This document shows, piece after piece, positions 13,001 through 29,400 of a stretch of 64,000 nucleotides of DNA; position 1 is the stretch's first letter; the number at the start of each line of letters is the position of its first letter. Source of the stretch: Eledone cirrhosa (lineage: Eukaryota); the NCBI GenBank assembly GCA_964016885.1, contig OZ024755.1, positions 44,082,001 through 44,146,000 on the forward strand, given 5' to 3'. The notes under the pieces are model-generated. The model ran no database searches and was not told the origin of the DNA. It worked only from the letters and a program-made list of their open reading frames with translations. Position numbers and translations under genes: made by a program.

Positions 13001-16000
13001 GTTGAGAGTACCAACATATACTGTGTACCACAGTTGACAGTACCAACATATACTGTGTACCACAGTTGAGAGTACCAACATATACTGTGTACCTCAGTTG
13101 ACAGTACTAACATATACTGTGTACCATAGTTGACAGTACCAACGTATATTGTGTACCACAGTTGACAGTACCAACATACACCGTGTACGACAGTTGACAG
13201 TACCAACATATACTGTGTACCACAGTTGAGAGTACCAACATAAACTGTGTACCATAGTTGACAGTACCAACATATACTGTGTACCACAGTTGACAGTACC
13301 AACATATACTGTGTACCACAGTTGACAGTACCAACATATACTGTATACCACAGTTGACAGTACCAACATATACTGTGTACCACTGTTGACAGTACCAACA
13401 TATACTGTGTACCACAGTTGACAGTACCAACATATACTGTGTACCACAGTTGACAGTACTAACATATACTGTGTACTACAGTTGACAGTACCATCATATA
13501 CTGTGTACCACAGTTGACAGTACCAACATGTACTGTGTACCACAGTTGACAGTACCAACATATACTGTGTACCACAGTTGGCAGTACCAACATATAATGT
13601 GGCATCAGTTGTCAGTACCAACATATACTGTGTACCACAGTTGACAGTACCAACGTATACTGTGTACCACAGTTGACAGTACCAACGTATACTGTGTACC
13701 ACCGCTGACAGTACCAATATGTACTGTGTAACAAAGTTGACAATACCAACATATAATGTGTACCACAGTTGACAGTACCAACGTATACTGTGTACCACTG
13801 TTGACAATACCAACATATACTGTGTACCACAGTTGACAGTACCAACATATACAGTGTACCACAGTTGACAGTACCAACATATACTGTGTACCACAGTTCA
13901 CAGTACCAACGTATACTGTGTACCACATTAGAAAGTACCAACATATACTGTGTACCACAGTTGACAGTACCAACATATACTGTGTACCACTGTTGACAGT
14001 ACCAACATATACCGTGTACCACAGTTGACAGTACCAACATATACTGTGTACCACTGTTGACAGTACCAACATATACTGTGTACCACAGTTCACAGTACCA
14101 ACATGTACCTTGTACCACAGTTGACAGTACCAACATATACTGTGTACCACAGTTGACAATACCAACATATACTGTGTACCACAGTTGAAAGTACCAACTT
14201 ATACATAGTACCACAGTTGACAGTACCAACATATACTGTGTACCACAGTTGACAGTACCAACGTATACTGTGTACCACAGTTGACAATACCAACATGTAC
14301 TGTGTACCACAGTTGACAGTACCAACATATACTGTATACCACAGTTGACAGAACCAACATATACTGTGTACCACAGTTGGCAGTACCAACATATACTGTA
14401 TACCACAGTTGACAGTACCAACATATACTGTGTACCACAGCTGACACTACCAACATATACTTGTACCTCAGTTGACAGTACTACCATATATTGTGCACCA
14501 CCGTTGACAATACCAACGTATACTGTGTACCACAGTTGACAGTACCAACACATATAGTGTACCACAGTTGACAGTACCAACGTATACTGTGTACCACAGT
14601 TGCCAATGCCAACATATACTGTGTACCACAGTTGAGAGTACCAACATATACTGTGTACCACAGTTGACAGTACCAACATATACTGTGTACCACAGTTGAC
14701 AGTACCAATGTATACTGTGTACCACTGTTGACAGTACCAAAATATACTGTGTACCACAGTTGACAGTACCAACGTATACTGTGTACCACTGGTGACAGTA
14801 CCAACATATAACGTGTACCACAGTTGGCAGTACCATCATATACTGTGTACCACAGTTGACAGTACCAACATATACTGTGTACCACAGTTGACAGTACCAA
14901 CATATACTGTGTACCATAGCTGACATTACCAACGTATATTGTGTACCACAGTTGACAGTACCAACATACACCGTGTACGACAGTTGACAGTACCAACATA
15001 TACTGTGTACCACATTTGAGAGTACCAACATAAACTGTGTACCACAGTTGACAGTACCAACATATACTGTGTACCACAGTTGACAGTACCAACATATACT
15101 GTATACCACAGTTGACAGTACCAACACATACTGTGTACCACAGTTGACAGTACCAACATATACTGTGTACCACAGTTGACAGTACCAACATATACTGTGT
15201 ACCAGAGTTGACAGTACCAACATATACTGTGTACCACAGTTGACAGTACTAACATATACTCTGTACTACAGTTGACAGTACCAACATATACTGTGTACCA
15301 CAGTTGACAGTACCAACATGTACTGTGTACCACAGTTGACAGTACCAACATATACTGTGTACCACAGTTGGCAGTACCAACATATACTGTGTACCTCAGT
15401 TGACAGTACGAACATATACTGTGTACCACAGTTGACAGTACCAACGTATATTGTGTACCACAGTTGACAGTACCAACGTATACTGTGTACCACAGTTGAC
15501 CGTACCAACATATACTGTGTAACACAGTTGACAATACCAACATTATACTGTGTACCACAGTTGACAGTACCAACGTATAATGTGTACCACTGTTGACTGT
15601 ACCAAGGGTATACTGTGTACCACACTTGACAGTACCAACATATAACGTGTACCACAGTTGGCAGTACCATCATATACTGTGTACCACAGTTGACAGTACC
15701 AACATATACTGTGTACCACAGTTGACAGTACCAACATATACTGTGTACCATAGTTGACAGTACCAACGTATATTGTGTACCACAGTTGACAGTACCAACA
15801 TACACCGTGTACGACAGTTGACAGTACCAACATATACTGTGTACCACAGTTGAGAGTACCAACATAAACTGTGTACCATAGTTGACAGTACCAACATATA
15901 CTGTGTACCACAGTTGACAGTACCAACATATACTGTGTACCACAGTTGACAGTACCAACATATACTGTATACCACAGTTGACAGTACCAACATATACTGT

Positions 16001-19000
16001 GTACCACAGTTGACAGTACCAACATATACTGTGTACCACAGTTGACAGTACCAACATATACTGTGTACCACAGTTGACAGTACTAACATATACTGTGTAC
16101 TACAGTTGACAGTACCAACATATACTGTGTACCACAGTTGACAGTACCAACATGTACTGTGTACCACAGTTGACAGTACCAACATATACTGTGTACCACA
16201 GTTGGCAGTACCAACATATAATGTGTACCTCAGTTGTCAGTACCAACATATACTGTGTACCACAGTTGACAGTACCAACGTATACTGTGTACCACAGTTG
16301 ACAGTACCAACGTATACTGTGTACCACCGCTGACAGTACCAATATATACTGTGTAACACAGTTGACAATACCAACATATAATGTGTACCACAGTTGACAG
16401 TACCAACGTATACTGTGTACCACTGTTGACAATACTAACATATACTGTGTACCACAGTTGACAGTACCAACATATACAGTGTACCACAGTTGACAGTACC
16501 AACATATAATGTGTACCACAGTTGACAGTACCAACGTATACTGTGTACCACTTTTGACAGTACCAACATATACTGTGTACCACAGTTGACAGTACCAACA
16601 TATACTGTGTGCCACTGTTGACATTACCAACATATAGCGTTTCCCACAGTTGACAGTACCAACATATACAATGTACCTCTGTTGACAGTACCAACATATA
16701 CTGTGTACCAGAGTTGACAGTACCAACATGTACCGTGTACCACAGTTGACAGTACCAACGTATACTGTGTACCACAGTTGACAATACCAACATATACTGT
16801 GTACCACAGTTGAAAGTACCAACGGATACTTTGTACCACAGTTGACAGAAACAACATATACTGTGTACCACAGTTGACAGTACCAACGTATACTGTGTAC
16901 CAGAGTTGACAATACCAACATATACTGTGTACCACAGTTGACAGTACCAACATATACTGTATACCACAGTTGACAGAACCAACATATACTGTGTACCACA
17001 GTTGACAGTACCAACATATACTGTGTACCACAGTTCACAGTACCAACATATACTGTATACCACAGTTGACAGTACCAACATATACTGTGTACCACTGTTG
17101 ACAGTACCAACATATACCGTGTACCACAGTTGACAGTACCAACATATACTGTGTACCACAGCTGACACTACCAACATATACTTGTACCTCAGTTGACAGT
17201 ACTACCATATATTGTGTACCACCGTTGACAATACCAACGTATACTGTGTACCACAGTTGACGGTACCAACACATATAGTGTACCACAGTTGACAGTACCA
17301 ACGTATACTGTGTACCACAGTTGCCAATGCCAACATATACTGTGTACCACAGTTGAGAGTACCAACATATACTGTGTAACACAGTTGACAGTACCAACAT
17401 ATACTGTGTACCACAGTTGACAGTACCAACATATACTGTGTACCACAGTTGACACTACCAATGTATACTGTGTACCACTGTTGACAGTAGCAAAATATAC
17501 TGTGTACCACAGTTGACAGTACCAACGTATACTGTGTACCACTGGTGACAGTACCAACATATAACGTGTACCACAGTTGGCAGTACCATCATATACTGTG
17601 TACCACAGTTGACAGTACCAACATATACTGTGTACCACAGTTGACAGTACCAACATATACTGTGTACCATAGCTGACATTACCAACGTATATTGTGTACC
17701 ACAGTTGACAGTACCAACATACACCGTGTACGACAGTTGACAGTACCAACATATACTGTGTACCACAGTTGAGAGTACCAACATAAACTGTGTACCACAG
17801 TTGACAGTACCAACATATACTGTGTACCACAGTTGACAGTACCAACATATACTGTATACCACAGTTGACAGTACCAACACATACAGTGTACCACAGTTGA
17901 CAGTACCAACATATACTGTGTACCACAGTTGACAGTACCAACATATACTGTGTACCAGAGTTGACAGTACCAACATATACTGTGTACCACAGTTGACAGT
18001 ACTAACATATACTGTGTACCACAGTTGACAGTACCAACATGTACTGTGTACCACAGTTGACAGTACCAACATATACTGTGTACCACAGTTGGCAGTACCG
18101 ACATATACTGTGTACCTCAGTTGACAGTACCAACATATACTGTGTACCACAGTTGACAGTACCAACGTATATTGTGTACCACAGTTGACAGTACCAACGT
18201 ATACTGTGTACCACAGTTGACCGTACCAACATATACTGTGTAACACAGTTGACAATACCAACATTATAATGTGTACCACAGTTGACAGTACCAACGTATA
18301 CTGTGTACCACTGTTGACAATACCAACATATACTGTGTACCACAGTTCACAGTACCAACGTATACTGTGTACCACATTTGACAGTACCAACATATACTGT
18401 GTACCACAGTTCATAGTACCAACATATACTGTGTACCACTGTTGACAGTACCAACATATACCGTGTACCACAGTTGTCAGTACCAACATATACTGTGTAG
18501 CACTGTTGACAGTACCAACATATACTGTATACCACAGTTGACAGGACCAACATATACTGTGTACCACTGTTGACAGTACCAACATATACTGTGTACCACA
18601 GTTGACAGTACCAACATATACCGTATACCACAGTTGACAGTACCAACATATACTGGGTACCACAGTTGACAGTACCAACATATACTGTGTACCATAGTTG
18701 ACAGTACCAACGTATATTGTGTACCACAGTTGAGAGTACCAACATACACCGTGTACGACAGTTGACAGTACCAACATATACTGTGTACCACAGTTGAGAG
18801 TACCAACATATACTGTGTACCACAGTTGACAGTACCAACATATACTGTGTACCACAGTTGACAGTACCAACATATACTGTGTACCACAGTTGACAGTACC
18901 AACATATACTGTATACCACAGTTAACAGTACCAACATATACTGTGTACCACAGTTGACAGTACCAACATATACTGCGTACCACAGTTGACAGGACTAACA

Positions 19001-22000
19001 TATACTGTGTACTACAGTTGACAGTACCAACATATACTGTGTACCACAGTTGACAGTACCAACATATACTGTGTACCACAGTTGACAATACTAACATATA
19101 CTGTGTACCACAGTTGGCAGTACCAACATATACTGTGTACCTCAGTTGACAGTACCAACATATAGTGTGTACCACAGTTGACAATACCAACATAAACTGT
19201 GTACCACAGTTGACAGTACCAACATATACTGTGTACCACAGTTGACAGTACCAACATATACTGTGTAACTCAGTTAACAGTACCCACATATTCTGTGTAT
19301 CAGAGTTGACAGTACCAACATATACTGTGTACCACAGTTGACAGTACCAACATATACTGTGTACCTCAGTTAACAGTACCCACATATACTGTGTATCAGA
19401 GTTGACAGTACCAACATATACTGTGTATCACAGTTGACAGTACCAACATATACTGTGTACCAAAGTGTACACTAACAACATATACTGTGTACCACAGTTG
19501 ACAGTACCAACATATACTGTGTACCACAGTTGACAGTACCATCATATACTGTGTACCACATTTGACAGTACCAACGTATACTGTGTACCACAGTTGACAG
19601 TACCATCGTATACTGTGTACCACAGTTGATAGTACCAACGTATACTGTGTATCAGAGTTGACAGTACCAACATATACTCTGTACCACAGTTGACAGTACC
19701 AAAATATACTGTGTACCACAGCTGACACTACCAACATATACTTGTAACTCTGTTGACGGTACTAACATATACTGTGTACCACAGTTGACGGTACCAACGT
19801 ATACTGTGTACCACAGTTGAAAGTACCAACGTATCCTGTGTACCACAGTTGACAGTACCAACATATACTGTGTACCACAGTTGACAATACCAACATATAC
19901 TGTGTACCACAGTTGACAGTACCAACGTATACTGTGTACCATTGTTGACAATACCAACATATACTGTGTACCACAGTTGACAGTACCAACATATACAGTG
20001 TACCACAGTTGACAGTACCAACATATACTGTGTACCACAGTTGACAGTACCAACATATACTGTGTACCACAGTTGACAGTACCAACATATACTGGGTGCC
20101 ACTTTTCACAGTACCAACATATACTGTGTACCACAGTTGACAATGCCATCATATAGTGTGTACCACAGTTGACAGTACCAACATATACTGTGTACCACAG
20201 TTGACAGTACCATCTTATACTGTGTACCACAGTTGACAGTACCAACGTATACTGTGTACCACAGTTGACAGTACTAACATATACTGTGTACCATAGTTGA
20301 AAGTACCAACGTATACTGTGTACCACAGTTGACAGTACCAACATATACTGTGTACCACAGTTGACAGTACCAACGTATACTGTGTACCACAGTTGACAAT
20401 ACCAACATATACTATGTACCGCAGTTGACAGTACCAACATATACTGTATACCACAGTTGACAGTACCAACATATACTGTGTACCAGAGTTGACAGTACCA
20501 ACATATACTGTGTACCACAGTTGACAGTACCAACATATACAGTATACCACAGTTAACAGTACCAACATATACTGTGTACCACTGTTGACAGTACCAACAC
20601 ATACCGTGTACCACAGTTGACAGTACCAACATATACTGTGTACCACAGCTGACACTACCAACATATAGTTGTACCTCAGTTGACAGTACTACCATATATT
20701 GTGTACCACCGTTGACAATACCAACGTATACTGTGTACCACAGTTGACAGTACCAACGTATACTGTGTACCACAGTTGACAGTACCAACATATACTGTGT
20801 ACCACAGCTGACAATACCAGCATATACTGTTTACCACAGTTGACAGTACCAACGTATACTGTGTACCACAGTTGCCAATGCCAAAATATACTGTGTACCA
20901 CAGTTGACAGTACCAACGTATACTGTGTACCACAGTTGACAGTACCAACGTATATTGTGTACCACAGTTGACAGTACAAACATACACTGTGTAGGACAGT
21001 TGACAGTACCAACATATACTGTGTACCACAGTTGAGAGTACCAACATAAACTGTGTACCACAGTTGACAGTACCAACATATACTGTGTACCACAGTTGAT
21101 AGTACCAACATATACTGTGTACCACAGTTGACAGTACCAACATATACTGTATACCACAGTTGACAGTACCAACATATACTGTGTACCACAGTTGACAGTA
21201 CCAACATATACTGTGTACCACAGTTGACAGTACCAACATATACTGTGTACCACAGTTGACAGTACCAACATATAATGTGTACCACAGTTGACAGTACTAA
21301 CATATACTGTCTACTACAGTTGACAGTACCAACATATACTGTGTACCACAGTTGACAGTACCAACATGGACTGTGTACCACAGTTGACAGTGCCAACATA
21401 TACTGTGTACCACATTTGGCAGTACCAACATATACTGTGTACCTCAGTTGACAGTACCAACATATATTGTGTACCAAAGTTGACAGTACCAACGTATACT
21501 GTGTACCACAGTTGACAGTACCAACGTATATTGTGTACCACAGTTGACAGTACCAACATATACAGTGTACCACAGTTGACAGTACCAACATATACTGTGT
21601 ACCACAGTTGACAGTACCAACATATACTGTGTACCACAGTTGACAGTACCAACATGTAACGTGAACCACAGTTGACAGTACCAACGTATACTGTGTACCA
21701 CAGTTGAGAGTAACAACGTATAGTGTGTACCACAGTTGACAGTACCAACATATACTGTGTACCACAGTTGACAGTACCAACATATACTGTGTACCGCAGT
21801 TCACAGGACCAACGTATACTGTGTACCACATTTGACAGTACCAACATATACTGTGTACCACAGTTGACAGTACCAACATATACTGTGTACCACTGTTGAC
21901 AGTACCAACATATACCGTGTACCACAGTTGACAGTACCAACATATACTGTGTACCACTGTTGACAGTACCAACATGTACTGTGTACCACAGCTGACAGTA

Positions 22001-22650
22001 CCAACATATACTGTATACCACAGTTGACAGTACCAACATATACTGTGTACCACAGTTGACAGTACCAACATATACTGTGTACCACAGTTGACAGTACCAA
22101 TGTATACTGTGTACCACTGTTGACAGTACCAACATATACTGTGTACCACAGTTGACAGTAGCAACGTATACTGTGTACCACAGTTGACAGTTCCAACATA
22201 TAACGTGTACCACAGTTGGCAGTACCATCATATACTGTGTACCACAGTTGACAGTACCAACATATACTGGGTACCACAGTTGACAGTACCAACGTATATT
22301 GTGTACCACAGTTGACAGTAGCAACGTATACTGTGTACCACAGTTGACAGTTCCAACATATAACGTGTACCACAGTTGGCAGTACCATCATATACTGTGT
22401 ACCACAGTTAACAGTACCAACATATACTGTGTACCATAATTGACAGTACCAACGTATATTGTGTACCACAGTTGACAGTACCAACATACACCGTGTACGA
22501 CAGTTGACAGTACCAACATATACTGTGTACCACAGTTGAGAGTACCAACATATACTGTGTACCACAGTTGACAGTACCAACATATACTGTGTACCACAGT
22601 TGAGAGTACCAACATATACTGTGTACCTCAGTTGACAGTACCAACATATA
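1040..22650. repeat. Large imperfect block duplication, ~1.0-10.0 kb vs ~13.1-22.6 kb (offset 12.06-12.7 kb)
   Basis: Matching variant patterns and ORF pairs: 1552..2712 vs 13612..14772 and 2408..3163 vs 14468..15223 (offset 12060); 3720..4667 vs 16230..17177 (12510); 5137..5562 vs 17679..18104 (12542); 6726..7067 vs 19396..19737 (12670); 7513..7962 vs 20215..20664 (12702). The later offsets differ by whole multiples of 32. Confidence 0.85.
8095..14170. repeat. Tandem duplication of ~3.0 kb (94 monomers; offset 3008, later 3071)
   Basis: The rare variant CACAGCTGACAATACCAGCATATACTGTTT occurs at 8101 and 11109. ORFs 8129..8665 vs 11137..11673 and 9227..9622 vs 12235..12630 have offset 3008 (94x32). 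CATGTACCTTGTACC occurs at 11031 and 14102. Confidence 0.85.
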
Positions 22651-25600
22651 CTGTGTACCACAGTTGACAGTACCAACGTATACTGTGTACCACAGTTGAA
22701 AGTATCTATATATACTGTGTACCACAGTTGACAGTACCAACATATACAGTGTACCACAGTTGACAATACCAACATATACTGTGTACCACAGTTGACAGTA
22801 CCAACGTATACTGTGTACCATTGTTGACAATACCAACATATACTGTGTACCACAGTTGACAGTACCAACATATACAGTGTACCACAGTTGACAGTACCAA
22901 CATATACTGTGTACCACAGTTGACAGTACCAACATATACTGTGTACCACAGTTGACAGTACCAACATATACTGTGTACCACAGTTGAGAGTACCAACATA
23001 TACTGTGTACCACAGTTGACAGTACCAACATATACTGTGTACCACAGTTGAGAGTACCAACATATACTGTGTACCTCAGTTGACAGTACCAACATATACT
23101 GTGTACCACAGTTGACGGTACCAACGTATACTGTGTACCACAGTTGAAAGTACCAACGTATCCTGTGTACCACAGTTGACAGTACCAACATATACTGTGT
23201 ACCACAGTTGACAATACCAACATATACTGTGTACCACAGTTGACAGTACCAACGTATACTGTGTACCATTGTTGACAATACCAACATATACTGTGTACCA
23301 CAGTTGACAGTACCAACATATACAGTGTACCACAGTTGACAGTACCAACATATACTGTGTACCACAGTTGACAGTACCAACATATACTGTGTACCACAGT
23401 TGACAGTACCAACATATACTGGGTGCCACTTTTCACAGTACCAACATATACTGTGTACCACAGTTGACAATGCCATCATATAGTGTGTACCACAGTTGAC
23501 AGTACCAACATATACTGTGTACCACAGTTGACAGTACCATCTTATACTGTGTACCACAGTTGACAGTACCAACGTATACTGTGTACCACAGTTGACAGTA
23601 CTAACATATACTGTGTACCATAGTTGAAAGTACCAACGTATACTGTGTACCACAGTTGACAGTACCAACATATACTGTGTACCACAGTTGACAGTACCAA
23701 CGTATACTGTGTACCACAGTTGACAATACCAACATATACTATGTACCGCAGTTGACAGTACCAACATATACTGTATACCACAGTTGACAGTACCAACATA
23801 TACTGTGTACCAGAGTTGACAGTACCAACATATACTGTGTACCACAGTTGACAGTACCAACATATACTGTATACCACAGTTAACAGTACCAACATATACT
23901 GTGTACCACTGTTGACAGTACCAACACATACCGTGTACCACAGTTGACAGTACCAACATATACTGTGTACCACAGCTGACACTACCAACATATAGTTGTA
24001 CCTCAGTTGACAGTACTACCATATATTGTGTACCACCGTTGACAATACCAACGTATACTGTGTACCACAGTTGACAGTACCAACGTATACTGTGTACCAC
24101 AGTTGACAGTACCAACATATACTGTGTACCACAGCTGACAATACCAGCATATACTGTTTACCACAGTTGACAGTACCAACGTATACTGTGTACCACAGTT
24201 GCCAATGCCAAAATATACTGTGTACCACAGTTGACAGTACCAACGTATACTGTGTACCACAGTTGACAGTACCAACGTATATTGTGTACCACAGTTGACA
24301 GTACAAACATACACTGTGTAGGACAGTTGACAGTACCAACATATACTGTGTACCACAGTTGAGAGTACCAACATAAACTGTGTACCACAGTTGACAGTAC
24401 CAACATATACTGTGTACCACAGTTGATAGTACCAACATATACTGTGTACCACAGTTGACAGTACCAACATATACTGTATACCACAGTTGACAGTACCAAC
24501 ATATACTGTGTACCACAGTTGACAGTACCAACATATACTGTGTACCACAGTTGACAGTACCAACATATACTGTGTACCACAGTTGACAGTACCAACATAT
24601 AATGTGTACCACAGTTGACAGTACTAACATATACTGTCTACTACAGTTGACAGTACCAACATATACTGTGTACCACAGTTGACAGTACCAACATGGACTG
24701 TGTACCACAGTTGACAGTGCCAACATATACTGTGTACCACATTTGGCAGTACCAACATATACTGTGTACCTCAGTTGACAGTACCAACATATATTGTGTA
24801 CCAAAGTTGACAGTACCAACGTATACTGTGTACCACAGTTGACAGTACCAACGTATATTGTGTACCACAGTTGACAGTACCAACATATACAGTGTACCAC
24901 AGTTGACAGTACCAACATATACTGTGTACCACAGTTGACAGTACCAACATATACTGTGTACCACAGTTGACAGTACCAACATGTAACGTGAACCACAGTT
25001 GACAGTACCAACGTATACTGTGTACCACAGTTGAGAGTAACAACGTATAGTGTGTACCACAGTTGACAGTACCAACATATACTGTGTACCACAGTTGACA
25101 GTACCAACATATACTGTGTACCGCAGTTCACAGGACCAACGTATACTGTGTACCACATTTGACAGTACCAACATATACTGTGTACCACAGTTGACAGTAC
25201 CAACATATACTGTGTACCACTGTTGACAGTACCAACATATACCGTGTACCACAGTTGACAGTACCAACATATACTGTGTACCACTGTTGACAGTACCAAC
25301 ATATACTGTGTACCACAGCTGACAGTACCAACATATACTGTATACCACAGTTGACAGTACCAACATATACTGTGTACCACAGTTGACAGTACCAACATAT
25401 ACTGTGTACCACAGTTGACTGTACCAACATATACTGTGTACCACAGTTGACAGTACCAATGTATACTGTGTACCACTGTTGACAGTACCAACATATACTG
25501 TGTACCACAGTTGACAGTAGCAACGTATACTGTGTACCACAGTTGACAGTTCCAACATATAACGTGTACCACAGTTGGCAGTACCATCATATACTGTGTA

Positions 25601-26120
25601 CCACAGTTGACAGTACCAACATATACTGGGTACCACAGTTGACAGTACCAACGTATATTGTGTACCACAGTTGACAGTAGCAACGTATACTGTGTACCAC
25701 AGTTGACAGTTCCAACATATAACGTGTACCACAGTTGGCAGTACCATCATATACTGTGTACCACAGTTGACAGTACCAACATATACTGTGTACCATAATT
25801 GACAGTACCAACGTATATTGTGTACCACAGTTGACAGTACCAACATACACCGTGTACGACAGTTGACAGTACCAACATATACTGTGTACCACAGTTGAGA
25901 GTACCAACATATACTGTGTACCACAGTTGACAGTACCAACATATACTGTGTACCACAGTTGAGAGTACCAACATATACTGTGTACCTCAGTTGACAGTAC
26001 CAACATATACTGTGTACCACAGTTGACAGTACCAACGTATACTGTGTACCACAGTTGAAAGTATCTATATATACTGTGTACCACAGTTGACAGTACCAAC
26101 ATATACAGTGTACCACAGTT
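19765..26120. repeat. Near-tandem duplication of ~3.3 kb (offset 3327, later 3359)
   Basis: Shared rare variants: GACGGTACC...GTATCCTG at ~19787 and ~23114, ATATAGTTGTACCTC at 20663 and 23990, and AGTATCTATA at 22701 and 26060. Identical ORF translations: 20676..21239 and 24003..24566; 21444..21716 and 24771..25043. Confidence 0.88.
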
Positions 26121-26469
26121 GACAGTACCATCATATACTGTGTACCACAGTTGACAGTACCAACATATACTGTGTACCACAGTTGACAGTACCAACGTAT
26201 ACTGTGTACCACAGTTGACAGTACCAACGTATATTGTGTACCACAGTTGACAGTACCAACATATACTGTGTACGGCAGTTGACAATACCAACATATACTG
26301 TGTACCACAGTTGACAGTACCAACGTATACTGTGTACCACTGTTGACAATACCAACATATAATGTGTACCACAGTTCACAGTACCAACATATACAATGTA
26401 CCACAATTGACAGTACCAACATATACTCTGTACCACAGTTGACAGTACCAACATATAATGTGTACCACA

Positions 26470-29400
26470 ATTGACAGTACCAACATGTACCGTGTACGAC
26501 AGTTGACAGTACCAATGTATACTGTGTACCACTGTTGACAGTACCAACATATACTGTGTACCACAGTTGACAATACCAACATATACTGTGTACCACAGTT
26601 GAAAGTACCAACGTATACTGTGTACCACAGTTGACAGTACCAACATATACTGTGTACCACAGTTGACAGTACAAACGTATACTGTGTACCACAGTTGACA
26701 ATACCAACATATACTGTGTACCACAGTTGACAGTACCAACATATACTGTATACCACAGTTGACAGTACCAACATATACTGTGTACCACAGTTGACAGTAC
26801 CAACATATACTGTATACCACATTTGACAGTACCAACAAATACTGTGTACCACATTTGACAATACCAACATATACTGTTTACCACAGTTGACAGTACCAAC
26901 GTATACTGTGTACCACAGTTGACAGTACCAACATATACTGTGTACCACAGTTGACAGTACCAACATATACTGTGTACCACAGTTCACAGTACCAACATAT
27001 ACTGTGTACCACAGTTGACAGTACCGACATATACTGTGTACCACAGTTGACAGTACCAATGTATACTGTGTACCACAGTTGACAGTACCAACGTATACTG
27101 TGTACCACAGTTGACAGTACCAACATATAACGTGTACCACAGTTGGCAGTACCATCATATAACGTGTACGACAGTTGACAGTACCAAGATATAGTGTGTA
27201 CCACAGTTGAGTGTACCAACATAAACTGTGTACCACAGTTGACCGTACCAACATATACTGTATACCACAGTTGACAGTACCAACATATACTGTGTACCAC
27301 AGTTGACAGTACCAACATATACTGTGTACCACAGTTGACAGTACCAACATATACTGTGTACCACAGTTGATAGTACTAACATATACTGTGTACTACAGTT
27401 AACAGTACCAACATATACTGTGTACCACAGTTGACAGTACCAACATATACTGTGTACCACAGTTGACAGTACCAACATGTACCGTGAACCACAGTTGATA
27501 GTACCAACGTATACTGTGTACCACAGTTGACAGTGCCAACATATACTGTGTACCACATTTGGCAGTACCAACATACACTGTGTACCTCAGTTACAGTACC
27601 AACATATATTGTGTACCAAAGTTGACAGTACCAACGTATACTGTGTACCACAGTTGACAGTACCAACGTATATTGTGTACCACAGTTGACAGTACCAACA
27701 TATACAGTGTACCACAGTTGACAGTACCAACATATACTGTGTACCACAGTTGACAGTACCAACATATACTGTGTACCACAGTTGACAGTACCAACATGTA
27801 CCGTGAACCACAGTTGACAGTACCAACATATACTGTGTACCACTGTTGACAGTACCAACATATACCGTGTACCACAGATGACAGTACCAACATATACTGT
27901 GTACCACTGTTGACAGTACCAACATATACTGTGTACCACAGTTGACAGTACCAACATATACTGTATATCACAGTTGACAGTACCAACATATACTGTGTAC
28001 CACAGTTGACAGTACCAACATATACTGTGTACCATATTTGACTGTACCAACATATAGTGTATACCACAGTTGACAGTACCAACATATACTGTGCACCACT
28101 GTTGACAGTACCAACATATACCGTGTACCACAGTTGACAGTACCAACATATACTGTGTACCACAGCTGACACTACCAAAATATACTTGTACCTCAGTTGA
28201 CAGTACTAACGTATTGTGTACCACCGTTGACAGTACCAACGTATACTGTGTACCACATTTGACAGTACCAACGTATATTGTGTACCACAGTTGACAGTAC
28301 CAACATATACTGTGTACAACAGTTGACAGTACCAACATATACTGTGTACCACAGTTGACAGTACCAACATATACTGTGTACCACAGTTGACAGTAGCAAC
28401 TTATACTGTGTACCACAGTTGACAGTACCAACATATAACGTGTACTACAGTTGGCAGTACCATCATATACTGTGTACCACAGTTGACAGTACCAACATAT
28501 ACTGGGTACCACAGTTGACAGTACCAACATATACTGTGTACCATAGTTGACAGTACCAACGTATATTGTGTACCACAGTTGACAGTACAAACATACACCG
28601 TGTACGACAGTTGACAGTACCAACATATACTGTGTACCACATTTGAGAGTACCAACATATACTGTGTACCACAGTTGACAGTACCAACATATACTGTGTA
28701 CCACAGTTGACAGTACCAACATATACTGTGTACCACAGTTGACAGTACCAACATATACTGTATACCACAGTTGACAGTACCAACATATACTGTGTACCAC
28801 AGTTGACAGTACCAACATATACTGTGTACCACAGTTGACAGTAGTAATATATACTGTGTACTACAGTTGACAGTACTAACATATACTGTGTACCACAGTT
28901 GACAGTACCAACATATACTGTGTACCACAGTTGACAGTACCAACATATACTGTGTACCTCAGTTAACAGTACCCACATATACTGTGTACCACAGTTGACA
29001 GTACCAACATATACTGTGTACCACAGTTGACAGTACCAACATATACTGTGTACCACAGTTGACAGTACCAACATATACTGTGTACCACAGTTAACAGTAC
29101 CAACATATACTGTGTACCATATTTGACAGTACCAACGTATACTGTGTACCACAGTTGACAGTACCAACGTATACTGTGTACCAGAGTTGACAGTACCAAC
29201 ATATACTGTGTACCACAGTTGGCAGTACCAAAATATACTGTGTACCACAGCTGACACTACCAACATATACTTGTAACTCTGTTGACAGTACTAACATATA
29301 CTGTGTACCACAGTTGACAGTACCAACGTATACTGTGTACCACAGTTGAAAGTACCAACGTATACTGTGTACCACAGTTGACAGTACCAACATATACTGT

